Source: Eledone cirrhosa (taxonomy: Eukaryota). Taken from it: 64,000 nt of DNA. The position numbers were made by a program, and so were the translations under genes. The notes beneath the pieces were generated by a model. That model searched no databases. It was not told where the DNA came from and saw only the letters and a program-made list of their open reading frames with translations. The stretch is taken from positions 332,382,001-332,446,000 of the forward strand of contig OZ024741.1 of the NCBI GenBank assembly GCA_964016885.1. The letters run 5' to 3'. The first letter of the stretch is position 1. Every line of letters starts with the position of its first letter. Below are positions 51,144 to 64,000 of this stretch, piece by piece.

Positions 51144-53257
51144 CAAAAGTTGTTTTATAAATATTGACATATCCAAAAAACAAGTACTTATCGTTTTAAG
51201 TTCAGTTTGGATAGTGAAAGAAATTTCAAATCTTAGGATGAATATGTTAATGAGTACAGTTGAAAAAGATCGTTATATTTAGACACTAGGTAAATTTAAA
51301 TATTTTTTTAAGGGAAGAAGAGAGAGAGGTTAATATTAATATTAGGGTGTAAGAAAATTTAAGGAATGAATATAAGAAAAAGTATATTATAGTTAGAAAT
51401 ACACTATTATAATTAAAATATAATTGTATGGATCATATCAGTGATGGTGTAAAGAGAGTGATATAATTATATTTATTTATTTAATTATAATTATATATTT
51501 TGGTAGTATCTATAAAATAATATAAGAATTATAAATGTGTTGAAGTGGTGGAATACCAATTTTAAAAATTGAGAGATAGTACTAATTATTGGATCTATTC
51601 TAATCGTGAGTTATAATATTATATAGACTAGCATGTGTAGTGCGTATATTGATATTATACGCAAGTATATATGTATGTAGATATGATACATCAAATAAAA
51701 TCGTAATTGACAATATACACAGAAATTGAACGAAGACTGTGTTACACTGTCTTATGTAATCCATGATACATTAAAAAAAGACGATATTATATATAAACTG
51801 CATTAGGAGAAAATTAGTGACAGAAATATATGAATATTTATTTAAGCGACCTCTAACCGGAAGTGTTGACATTTGAACATTTTAAAGAAGTGAATCTTTA
51901 AATAAGTAATAAAATATATTTAATGAACAGCCACGAAATTTAGTAGATAAATTATGTAATATTCATTCATTATTTATTCAAAGTAATCTAACTTATTTTA
52001 CTAATGGGATAAAAAATGATAAACTGTACGCAGTCCCTCGCTTCTTACTTTATTATAGTTTAGATAATATTTAAAAGTATATTTTATGAAGAATTAAGGT
52101 TGTAAGTATATTTTACTTTATTATATTACAACAGGATATTTATATAAATATTTATAAATAATTTTGGCGAGTATATATGTTTTTTTTCCATAGATAGATA
52201 ATTTACATATTTTTATATATGTTAAGGGTTTTGATGAATTTTGTGTTTACATTTTCAATATATAGTTAAGAAAAAGGAAGTAGTTCTAGTTTTATTAGAG
52301 AAGATTATTTTGTACATTCTATAGTTCAATCAAGATAGGAACACATTTACAAAGTTTAGTAAGTTAACAAAATTATACAGAAAACTTAATATTTATGTAA
52401 AGTTTAGTTGTTACTTAGAAGAAATATTTAAGTGTGTTACATTTTAAAGGAAAAGATAACCCCAATATTTCTTAGTTAAAATAGTTAGGTTACACTTGTC
52501 GTTTATACTAGAATTTACTTTAAAAGAATATTCAATTAAGATATATGCAAAATATATGTAGAAAAATTTTATATATTATTTTGTATATGATTTTAAAGTA
52601 TCCTATATTACATATTTTCGAAGATAAAAATTCTTTTATATATGTATTTAGATAGCATTATCTACATCTATGCAAATGTTAATGTCTATATAGTCAATTA
52701 GGAAGAAATATTAGAGACATCCAAAGTATATTCAGAAACATCATTAAAACTATCACAAGAAAGGTATTTCAAAATATCATTTAAAAAACCATTTAAGAAT
52801 AGTATCGTTTGAAAAATATCACTTAAAAAGAAAAACATCATCTAATAATCACCGCAAAACATCAACAAAACATAGTTAAGACATATAAAGTGTAAACAAG
52901 TGAGGTATAGATAATATTTTCTATAGATTATAGATACTTCTGAATATATATGTATATATATACACACACACATTCATATATACTCTCACACACATATATA
53001 GATATGAAATATATATATATAATTGATCATCTGCAGATGATCAATGCAAATTTACAATAGAAAGGCGCTCCCGCTCAAGTTAGAAGAGGACTATTGACCT
53101 TCAGGAGAAGCAGCGACCCCTGATTGTATTCAGCAACCGAAACAAATATAAAGTACACCAAATCCAATGCTCCCAGGGGCGGCCCTGGTTCTTCTTATTT
53201 GTGAGTGTAAACTCAGCCAGATTAGATAGATTAGATATTAAATATATATAATGTATA

Positions 53258-53583
53258 TCATCATCATTATTTTATGTCCACTTTTCCCTGCTTGCAAGGG
53301 TGGGACGGGAACTGATTCTGGCTTGATTTCTACAGCTGGATGCCCTTCTTAACACCAATCTCATTTACAGTGAGTGCTGGGTGCTTTTTTGCCGTGGCAC
53401 CTCACGACCACTTTACAGTGGAATGATAGGGACCTAATCTTATCATCTCAGTTCTACAGCTGAGTAAACTGGAGCAATGTGAAATAAAGTGTCTTGCTCA
53501 AGGAAACAACACATCACCCGGTCTGAGAATTGAACTCACAACCTTTCGATTGCAAGGCCAATGCTCCAACCACTAAGCCATGT
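53258..53583 (-). mobile_element. SINE family B, short-tail form
   Basis: Near-identical to 19560-19881. Confidence 0.88.
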
Positions 53584-53776
53584 GCCTCCATATATATATA
53601 TAAAATATATGCATAATATATATATAATAAGGATTTGATGGACCCAGCATATTTATCAATGCCAGGACCGGTTGTATCTCAGCGTACTCAATAGGCAATG
53701 TAAGATACATTCCCAGAGTATACACATAGTTATTCACTTCAATACAACACACGTAAAACGGGTGCCTATAATAGTT

Positions 53777-53887
53777 CCCGGACTCAAGTTTCGGCCACAC
53801 TTAATGCAGCAGTAGGGTGCACTACACACTCTGTCTGCATATATTATGCAACAATGCATAATTGGCGCATGTGGCTTCATCAGCGGG
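53777..53887 (-). ncRNA. Type I hammerhead ribozyme with long branched stem II
   Basis: On minus: cccg-CTGATGA-agccacat...(~65 nt)...gtgtggcc-GAAA-ct(tg)ag-TC-cggg, with a canonical GUC site. Confidence 0.65.
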
Positions 53888-54157
53888 TATGGCTAATCAA
53901 TAACCAATTGATCGACAGAATTCAACTCCAGTCCATGCCGGCTATGATTGTTTGTGACAGCCGACACAGTAAAGTGATTAGCAACTAGAATCTGATACAA
54001 CTCTGTCCCCCGACCGGCCACCGATTTAGAAATTTACATGGTGGTAGGAGATTAGAAAACAAATATTTCCGCTCCCATCAAAAGCTCTCAGCCAATGTGT
54101 CTCAAACACAAATTAATAAGATAGTGAAATGTTGGTTTTTAGAAAAAGCAGTCTATA

Positions 54158-54532
54158 TCATCATCAGCGTTTTATGTCTGTTCTTCCATGCTAGCATGGG
54201 TTAGACGGGTTGTCCTGTTGTGGGCAGTAGCCGGTCGGCTGACCATGTCTTGCTCATACGGAAACTGATTCTGGCTTAATTTCTACAGCTGGATGCCCTT
54301 CCTAACACCAACCTCATTTACAGTAAGTGCTGGGTGCTTTTTTGCTGTGGCACCTCCACGTCCACTTTGCAGTGGGAGGGGGTGGGGACATATTGTCTAT
54401 ATGCTTCAGCTTCAGCTTGTACTAGTGGGGGGTCGGGTCTTCTGTATTACTGCGTGACACCAGAGGTCACGGTCGTGTGTCATCGCCTTTGAGAGGTGTA
54501 ATTGGTTAAGGTCGGCTTTTATCACCTCATCC

Positions 54533-54538
<6 letters not shown>
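54158..54538 (-). mobile_element. RTE 3' fragment (copy-2 subfamily)
   Basis: WDEVIKADLNQLHLSKAMTHDRDLWCHAVIQKTRPP plus the long UTR. Confidence 0.85.
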
Positions 54539-54572
<34 letters not shown>

Positions 54573-54588
54573 TCCCCCCCTTCCCCCC

Positions 54589-54623
<35 letters not shown>

Positions 54624-54659
54624 AAATATAAACATAATTGATATAAACTTTTTCCAGTC

Positions 54660-55148
54660 ACAGGAAGAATCCATAGACATGGTTGATAGCTTCTGCTATC
54701 TAGGTGACTTAATTAGCAGTGGAGGATGGTGCGCCAAGAATATAATAGCTAGAATAAGGATAGGATGGAAAAAGTTTAGAGAACTATCCCACTGTTGACT
54801 ACAAAAGTTTTCTCCTTACATACAAATGGACGGCTGTATGACACCTGTGAGCTGAGTGCAATACTGCATGTTAGTGAAACATTGGCTGTGAATGCAGAGG
54901 ACATGTGTAAACTGGAGAGAAATGAAGTAACCATGCTTCATTGGATGTTTAATGTAAATGTGTGAGACAGGCAAAGCTTGGATGAGCTGAGGGGGAAACT
55001 GGGTTTTAGGACAAAGGAAGCCACAGTAGAGGACAATCAAGAAGGACCTGTGCAAATCACTAAGTGGAGAGATGCCTTGCTGGGAAGGACCTGTCCAACC
55101 CATGCAAGCAGGGTAAAATGGACGTAAAAATGATGATGAGGATGATGC
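54660..55148 (+). mobile_element. Degenerate RTE 3' fragment
   Basis: SIDMVDSFCYLGD...[15 protein letters not shown], ending ggacgtaaaaatgatgatgag. Confidence 0.8.
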
Positions 55149-55238
55149 TATATACATGTATATATATATATTCAAACTGAACCTGAACCGATAAGGTCTG
55201 GTTTCTTGGGTATGTCAACATTTATAAAACAAATATTG

Positions 55239-55299
55239 TATCTTATCTGATGAGAGCGTACCAAAATTTTGGTACCCTTGAAATATATATAATAAAATA
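55239..55299 (+). ncRNA. Type I hammerhead ribozyme (family P2)
   Basis: tatcttat-CTGATGA-gagcgtaccaaaattttggtaccctt-GAAA-tatata-TA-ataaaata. Confidence 0.7.
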
Positions 55300-55364
55300 A
55301 ATATGGTTTTATAAATATAGTTTCCATTTATTAATATCATTGATATATATATATATATATATAA

Positions 55365-57138
55365 AGGAGGCCTGGAAATGTCATTATGAGAGACTGATGA
55401 ATGTGGAGAACGAATGGGAGAGAGAGAAATTACCCCAGTAGACCCGACAGAGGGATCAGCTATTGAGATTGACAAATATAGGGTACAAGATGCAATTAAG
55501 GAAATAAAAAATGGTAAGGCTGCTGGAGTGTCGGGGATAGTTGCTAAGATGCTGAAGGCATCAAGAAAAGTAGGCACTAAACTGGTTGCACTCATCATCA
55601 ATCAAGCTATATATGGTGGTGTCATACCCAAAGACTGGTGCAGCAGTATTCTCATAAATTGCTACAAAGGAAAAGAGATGCTCTGGAGAGGAGCAATTAT
55701 AGGGGCATAAAGCTGAGGGATCAGGTTATGAAAGTGGCAGAGAGAATATTAGCGCAACTGATTAGAGAAAGAGACAAATTAGATGAGATGCAGTTTGGTT
55801 TTGTGCCTCGGAAAAGTACAACAGATGCCCTCTTCTTAGTGAGACAACTACAAGAGAGGTACTTAGAGAAGTATAAGCCACTATACTTAGCTTTTGTTGA
55901 CCTAGAAAAGGCCTTCGATAGGGTTTCCCGATCTGTCATCTGGTGGTCCCTAAGGAAACAAGGTGTAGAGGAATGGCTTGTGAGGACTGTGCAAGCTATA
56001 TACAGAGGTGCTGTCAGTAAAGTGAGAGTAGGAATGGAGTTTATTGAGGAATTCCAGATACAAGTAGGTGTACATCAGGGTTGGGTCCTAAGCCTGCTCC
56101 TGTTCATTATAGTCCTCCAAGCCATTACAGAGGAGTTTAAGACTGGATGCCTATGGGAACTTCTCTATGCTGATGATCTGGTTCTTATAGCAGAATCAGT
56201 AGAGGAGCTAGAGGATAAATTCTGGCTATGGAAACAGCAGTTGGAATTAAGAGGATTGAGAGTGAACATAGCTAAGACAAAAGTGTTGATAAGTAGAAGA
56301 GAGGACAATACTCTGATTCCATCTGGGAAATGGCCATGTTCGATATGTAGGAAAGGAACTGGCATAAATTCCATAAAATGTATGCAATGCAGATCTTGGG
56401 TACACAAGAGATGTAGTGGGATAGAAGGCAAACTAACAGGTAGGGAGAACTACGTACAGGGAAAGTTGGCAGTAGTAATCACAGTGATAGACACATTTTT
56501 CCAATGCAGGTGGGTTCTATAGAAGTGGTTGATAGCTTCCGGTACCTAGGTGATCAGATTAGTATGGGAAGGGGGTGTTCCGAGGCCATAGTATCTAGAA
56601 TAAGGATGGGTTGGAAGAAGCTTAGGGAGCTGCTTCCTCTGTTGACAAAGAAGGGTTTCTCCCTGCATACGAAAAGACAGTTATATGATGCCTGTGTGAC
56701 ATGCGTGATGTTGCAGGGTAGTGAGACATGGGCAGCAACTGCAGAGGATATATGACGGCTGGAGAAAAATGAAGCAAGCATACTCCGTTGGATGTGCAAT
56801 GTCAACAACCAAGCATAGATGAGTTGAGAAAGAAACTGGGCATAAGAGGGATACATTGTGGTGTGCAGGAGAGAAGACTGAGATGGTATGGACATGTGAT
56901 GCGCATGTAGGATGACTGCTGGGTAAAGAAGTGCCAGAAATGCCAGTAGAAGGAAGACGTGGTAGAGGTAGACTACAAAAAATCATGGTTGTAGGTGGTG
57001 AGAGCAGACCTCAGATCACTGAAACTCACGGAGGAGATGACGAAGGACCGTGACAAGTGGAGAGATGTTGTGCTGAATAGGACCTGTCCCACCCTTGCAA
57101 GCACGGAAAAGTGGACGTAAAATGATGATGATGATGAT
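55365..57138 (+). pseudogene. RTE LINE copy 3, 5'-truncated, frameshifted ORF2, short 3' UTR
   Basis: ORF pieces at 55414-55710, 55638-56522 (LYADD) and 56504-56755. It ends gtcccacccttgcaagcacggaaaagtggacgtaaaatgatgatgat. Confidence 0.92.
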
Positions 57139-57464
57139 ATATATCGGTACCATGCCTGCTTGAAGTACCTTGTGGCAGGGTGATGTCATCGGCATATTAA
57201 TATATATATCCATCTATTATCCATCCTTACTTTCCTATCTTATTAATCATATGAAACTAAGTGTTTTTCTTAACCTTTTACTCTTTGTCTTTCTATTTCC
57301 TTTTCTCTTTGTCAGTTTGTCTCTCTTTCATAATTGGCTTTCCTCTCCTACCCTCATCTCTCTCTCTCATTTAATTTACTGTGTATCTCTGCTAATACTA
57401 AATCTGATATTTTTATCGTGTATGTTATAATCATTAAAAATTCTTCTTCCCCATGCACCAACCA

Positions 57465-57695
57465 TACCAACCCCCTTCTATCCCTTCTCCCAAAACACAA
57501 TACTGACAAGTTATAAGTATGTTGAAAATCCTGCCTCCCTCATGTGCACCATTCCCCCTTCTGTCCCTCCCTCTAAAACACAATACTGACAAATTATAAG
57601 TATGTTGAAAATCCTTCTTCCTCCAAACACCACCAATCCCCCTTCCTTACTCTCTCCCTCTAAAATATGATACTGACAAGTTATAAGTATGTTTG
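57465..57695. repeat. ~85-bp tandem repeat x3
   Basis: aaaacacaatactgacaagttataagtatgttgaaaatcc recurs. Confidence 0.75.
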
Positions 57696-58076
57696 ATTTT
57701 CTGTGTTTCCAGCCCTTTGTTGTGGAAAATAAAAGAATCTGTAATATATCTAAAAGGATATCATTTACCGATAAACAATATTTCATTATTGGGGAAATAT
57801 GTTACTCTCGTTGTTGTTGTTATCATTGCTGTCATGAGGTGTATTATTATTGTCATTGTTGTCATTGTCACTGTTGTTGTCTTCATCATTTTTGTTGTTG
57901 TTGTTCTCACTGTTGTCACTTGTAGTTATCTTCATTGTAATCATCATCATTGTAATCATCATTATTGATGTTGTCATTGTTGTCATTGTCACTGCCGTTG
58001 TCATTGTCACTGCCGTTGTCATTGTTGTTGCTGTTGTTACTGTTGTTGTCACTTGTAGTCATCTTCATTATAATCA

Positions 58077-58265
58077 GTGGATTGGCAGTATCGGTAGAGG
58101 GTCGGACGCCATGTTTCCAGCATAGTTACGTCCCTTTACGGTCTGAGTTCAAATCCTGCCAAGGTTGTTAACTTTGCCTTTCATCCTTACGGGGTCGATA
58201 AAATAAAGTACCAGTAATATACTGGATAATTGATGGCCTTGTGCCAAAAGTAGAAACAATTATTG
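58077..58265 (+). mobile_element. SINE family A copy within a (GTT/GTC)n tract
   Basis: Matches the 950-1130 unit. Confidence 0.85.
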
Positions 58266-60433
58266 TTGTTGTCATTGTTGTTGCTTTTGTTGTCATTGTT
58301 GTTGTTTTTGTTGTCATTGTTGATGCTGTTTATGTTAATGTTTATGCCATTGCCGTTGTTCAGCTGTAGGTCATCCCTGATGAAGCAAACATATGATAAA
58401 AGACAGTCCAGTTATGACTGTCCAATCCGATCCTATTGACATATAAGTATGAGACTGAAATAAGTACTGAGGTCGATATGATTAACTTAAAAATCCCTTT
58501 GAGATGGACTTCCAGAAGCATGGCTGTGATTTTATTTATTCAACAGTAAACAATACAAACAAATTATTTACTTTTACTTAAACCTTTTGATGCTAACCCA
58601 ACTATGATTGACTCTAGTTCTCTGAAAGACAACCATTCATTTTAACTACCTACATCCTGTGGCACATGAAGTTACATTAGCAAGACATTCTTGAAAACTA
58701 CAAAACCAGTCATTGTTGGAAACAATAGGGGTCCAACAACATATATCATCATCATCATTTAATGTCAGCTTTCCCTGAATAGTTCATCTCAGACCAAGTC
58801 AGTGCTCAATTGGAGCCATTGATCTCTTCTTATTCTATGGAATACACTATCAATTTTATTGTGGCACCAGCACAACTAAATAATCTTCTCTCTCCTTTAG
58901 CAAGTTTACTTTAGTTAGATACCCTTCTTATCACCAACCACTTGTAGGTGTGTACTGAGTGCAATTTATCATGTCACCAACACAGGAGTGACTGTTGTGC
59001 TCTTGACATAACTAAACAGTTCTCTCAACCCTTTATTTGCCATGATTTCTACAGCTGGGTGCCCTTCCTGTCACCAACCACCTAACAGAATATATATATA
59101 TATACATGCATGGGTCCGTACCTCCTGAGAGAGTTGTAGACATGCCATACTGACATACACTGTTTCTAGAACATTTTTAAACCTGGCAGAACCCATCTCC
59201 TCTCCAGGTCTCAATACAGCAAATTTCTTCCAGAGAAGGATAGAGAATGAGAGAATGGAAGTTAGAAAGAGATATAGAGGAAGAATCAATCCCTGTACTA
59301 GACTGGTACTTTTTTTATTGACCATGAATGGACAAAAAGTGAAGTTGACCTCAAAGGGATTTGAACTCACAAAGCAGAGAACTCAAATAAATACCGCAAA
59401 GCATTCTATCTGACATTCTAATGACTCTGCCAATTTGCACCCTCAGTCACTTAACACTTCAAAAACTGGTATAAGCAATGGCCCGATGAGCCTCTGGGCT
59501 CTAGACAGACTTTTTAGACTTATATATTTCCTATATCATTTCCACTATGATGTTCAGCATTTTGAAGGATTAAACATTGTATCATGTAAATTTGAGTAAA
59601 ATATAGTTACTATTTCTTGCAGATTGATAAACTGACCATATTGAGGCTCCCCAGTGACTGTGTGTGTATGTGTTTGTCTGCTTTTGTGTTAACTGTCCAT
59701 TTCTGTTTAACAGTGTCTTTAAGGCTGCCACCCACCTTTTTTTCACTATAATGTCTACAACAGTGAAATGTCTGCTGTCTTCTCTCTCCAGTCATATATA
59801 AACAAACAATATAAGTTCCTCCAATGCCCAGTAACTATATGATCAAGTAGCCTGTTATATTGCTTATAGCTGTTAACATTGATATCATGATCTTGTGTAC
59901 ATTTCCTGTCATAGACACCTATATACAACAGAAGATCAATATTTCCTCACCATCACATACAGAAGACCGATACTTCCTCACCATCACATACACCAGATAT
60001 TACATTAAACCAACAAACCAATATTTCTAATAACACCATAAACCTTATTTTTATTATTTTCATCTTAATTTCGTATTGTTTTTATTTTATTTTATTTTGT
60101 TTTGTTTTATGTTATGTTATATATATATATACAGTAAATGGGTTTTATAATTAATAAGACAACTGCTTTCATGTTTCTCGAAGATATTTCCCCCATCTGT
60201 GAGTGTCACAGCTGAAACAATCAATAAGTTGTAGGCTAACAACCAACCAGTTAACTGTTCATAATCACATCCTTGATGAAAATATATGTTTTTAGCAAAG
60301 ACAAAACAACAAACTAACAAGTTAACAGTTCATATCTGAATCTTGATGAAAATGTAATGTTTATAACAAAGACACAACAGCTGATGTGTTAGCAGGGAAT
60401 TGGCAGAGTGAGGAGAGAGTACAGTTGTGAAAG

Positions 60434-60682
60434 TGCATGGCTTAGTGGTTAGAGAATTTGATTCACAATTATGAGGTTGCGAGTTTGATTCTCAGATTGA
60501 GTGATGCGTTATGTCCTTGAGCAAGACATTTTATTTCACTTTGCTCTTTCTGCCATGAGTTGCAACTGGTAGATAGTATCAACAATAGAAAGACCAAAGG
60601 AAACGTTGTTGCCTTGATCAAATTTGACGAGTTCTACCCCACTCGGTAAGTGAAGGGGGTCTGAGATCTTGTCAATCGATTC
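60434..60682 (+). mobile_element. SINE family E (tRNA + CORE-like + distinct tail)
   Basis: TGGCTTAGTGG head and ccttgagcaagaca core. The tail is the reverse complement of 48820-48955. Confidence 0.65.
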
Positions 60683-61533
60683 CTAGTAGAGTATAGGACA
60701 AAATGCTTTGTAGTATTTATTCTGGGTTTCTGCATTCTGAGTTCAAATCCCAGTGAGGTTACCTTTGTTTTTCAGTCTTTGGGATTTGGCAGAATTGGTA
60801 GAGCATCAGAAAAGACAATTTGTATTTATTTGGCTTTTTGCATCATTCTAATTTCAAATCTAACGAAAACCTAATTGCATGATAGATTTAATATCTCACA
60901 CAGTTTAGTCCAACCCTCAGACCACATAACCTAACTAGATGGTAGACTTAATCTGTTAATCTGTCACACAATTTAATTCCACCCTTGGCTCCCATAACCT
61001 AATTGAGTGGTAGACTTAATCTGTCACACAGTTTAATACTACACTTGAAGCCCTTGTGTGCTTTTAGCTTAGTCCATTCTGTAATAAGTGTTCAAGCCAG
61101 GTCTCTGGTTTAAGAATATTTTCCTCTCTTCTGTCCATCAATTTTGGAGGCCCTGAAAAGGATTATGGATTCTGCTTTTCTCTCCCTGGATAAACAGTGA
61201 AAAAAAAAGGAGCATGTGTGTAGCTAGTTTAAAATTGATACTCTGAATCCCTGTGTTATGTAAAAAGTGACTAGAAGGTTTAGTGTCAAGAAGGGTATCC
61301 ATCTGTAAACCATTGCCTCAAAATTTCCAGTTCAAATCAAGCCAGCATAGAAAGGTCAATGTAAAAATGATGACACTAGTGTTGGGAGGGGCAACCAGCT
61401 GTAGAAACCAAGCCAAAGCACAGATCCGAATGAGCAGGATGTTGTCTCCTGATCTCACCATGCTAACGTTGAAATGGATAAATAGATGTTAAACAATGAT
61501 GATGACACACACACATATATATATATGTATACA

Positions 61534-61734
61534 TACAAGGGTGGGCTGAAAAAGTTCATAGGCTGATTATGAAAGAGTGATGCTAGAGCTATGCAATCTT
61601 GCATGCATTAATTAATTTCAACTATTCTTATTAATAACTGGATCGTTTCTTTCCAGGGACTGTGTTGAAAAATAAACCTCATTTGGCTATTCCATGAGCG
61701 TATCTTGGTCAGCCTATGAACTTTTCAGCCGGCC

Positions 61735-61740
<6 letters not shown>
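61534..61740. mobile_element. Mariner-type MITE copy (opposite orientation)
   Basis: TA-CAAGGGTGGGCTGAAAAAGTTCATAGGCTGA...TCAGCCTATGAACTTTTCAGCCGGCCCTCA-TA. Confidence 0.85.
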
Positions 61741-61811
<71 letters not shown>

Positions 61812-63397
61812 TATGTATGTATGTATACATATATATATATATACACACACACACATATATATATATATATATGTATATGTATGTATATGTGTATGTATAT
61901 ATGGTCACTCTTGAGTGCTACTGGTATTATGTAACCTAGTACAACCTATCTCATGGTCGGGTCATTGGAGACTAAACTGGCAACCCTCCAAGCTAGCTTG
62001 GTGAGGAGGGTGATATCTGGACACCCTGTGGGATGAAATACAAGACCCAGAAAAGGGTGGAAGAACTCAGCAGAGTCAATTGCCATCCAAATAGTTTGTT
62101 TTTTTCACCTGGGAGTGAAAGGCCCCCAGTTGTTGTCACAAGGAGAGGGAAACTTTGGAAGCATCCGATGATGTTGACCAGTTCTCCTTTTCGGGTAGTG
62201 TTTTCGATGCTCAGAGAGTGGGATTGTTCAAGTGCAAGGCCTTTACTCACTTTAAAAAACCTTCAAAGCACAGGCATTGCTTGTTCAGGATATGTTACAG
62301 GTTTGTGTGGCTGGTCGTTGCCTAAAAGTGCACAAAACTCTATAATTTGACAAGCAATTGTAATACTCTTAGCAGAGTTTGCAGCCATCATATATATGTA
62401 TATGTATGTATGTATATGTATGTATATATATATGTATATGTATGTATATATATATATGTTTATATATGTATATGTATATATATGCATATATATATGTTTA
62501 TATATGTATATGTATGTTTTTATATGTATATCTATGTATATATATATGTGTAGATTTATATATGTATATTTATATATGTATATATGTATGTTTATATGTA
62601 TGTATATATATATATATGTATGTTTATATGTATGTATATATATATATATATATACGTATGTATGAATATATATATATTATATATATGTATGTATGTATAT
62701 ATATATATGTATGTATATATATATATATGTATGTATATATATATATATGTATGTATTTATATATATACGTATGTATGAATATATAAATATATTATATATA
62801 TATATATATTCACAAAATACTACTCAATAAAAAATAATAGCTGACATTGAATGAAGCATTCCAGTATAAAAGATATCAGAAAATGTGGATATTTGCTGAT
62901 ATCACTTACACTAGAATGTTCTATCCAATGTCAAACTTTTATAGATTAGAAATATAATATATTTATCAGAAAATAGACCATAATATAATATAAGGTTTGA
63001 TTTTGAATGGAGAATCTGTTGTAAAAGTTCCAAGTAAATGTGGACATTTGGAAACGTGTCTGTTACAAAAGATGTGGACACACAAATGGGAAGATGGGAA
63101 GAAAATTAGGAAAATTCTCCAGCATTCCAAATAATATGAAATCATATATATATATTTATGGGCATATATATATATGTATGTAGGTATATATATATATGCA
63201 CACACGCATGTGTATATATATATATATTATACAATATATATATATTATATAATATATATATAATATATATATGGTATATATAATATATACATGGTATATA
63301 TGATATATATTATGTATATATAATATATATATAATATGTATATGCTATATATATAATATATATAATATATATATATATATATATAATATATATGTGG

Positions 63398-63445
<48 letters not shown>

Positions 63446-64000
63446 AACACACACATGTATATAAATATTTGTGTATATGTTATCATTTAATGTCCATTTT
63501 TCCTGCTAGCAAGGGTTGGAGGTTGGGCTATTATGTGTGTGTATGTGTATGGTTGACATTAGGCATAAACAACATAGATATATAAATATATATAACTGTG
63601 ATTAATTGTAGATTCAGGAACTATATATATCCTTCCTTTTCTAGCTTGTAGTTTGTAGTGCTGATACGACAGAATGACAGGGGCACAGATAATTCTAGAA
63701 GCATTTCTATGGCTGTGTATAGGCTGTTTAATAATAATAATAATAATAATAATAATGATAATAATGATAAAAATAATGGCATGGATGGACACATATGACG
63801 CCTTCAATTGATTATCTTACATTTCAAGTAATAACAACGCCAAATATATTAACGTGTGTTGAAAAAATATAGATATAGAAAATGACAGCAATTTGTTTGT
63901 TATTTGCAGGAATATTTTGTAAAAAAAAAAATAATATTTGAGATGCTTCATAAAAAATATAGTTTAGCCATGCAAGTGTGGATATTACCATATAAGTGTC

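Overview
AT-rich, repeat-saturated eukaryotic intronic or intergenic DNA. The SINE repertoire, RTE LINEs and very high (TA)n/(CA)n/(CAT)n density suggest an octopus or other coleoid cephalopod (inference). I can support no host protein-coding exon, and almost all listed ORFs are microsatellite artefacts. The real coding remnants are three RTE-clade LINE ORF2 copies (one open for about 790 aa, all with a PHD-type C4HC3 finger inside the RT C-terminal region), a Penelope-like GIY-YIG endonuclease with an inverted pseudo-LTR, and CR1-, R4- and mariner-type fragments. Several SINE and MITE families are also present. The most striking unannotated signal is about 10 type-I hammerhead-ribozyme folds (CUGANGA...GAAA...UH, mostly with palindromic stem III). 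They come from at least 5 sequence-distinct short elements in or near (TA)n tracts, and several share a downstream (TC/TG)GAGTGCT box. One has an ~80-nt branched stem II. Other points of interest are SINE/LINE 3' tail swapping, a twin-primed RTE inversion, a 112-bp near-perfect palindrome and a CpG-retaining promoter-like zone. All structures were read by eye and most coordinates are approximate.
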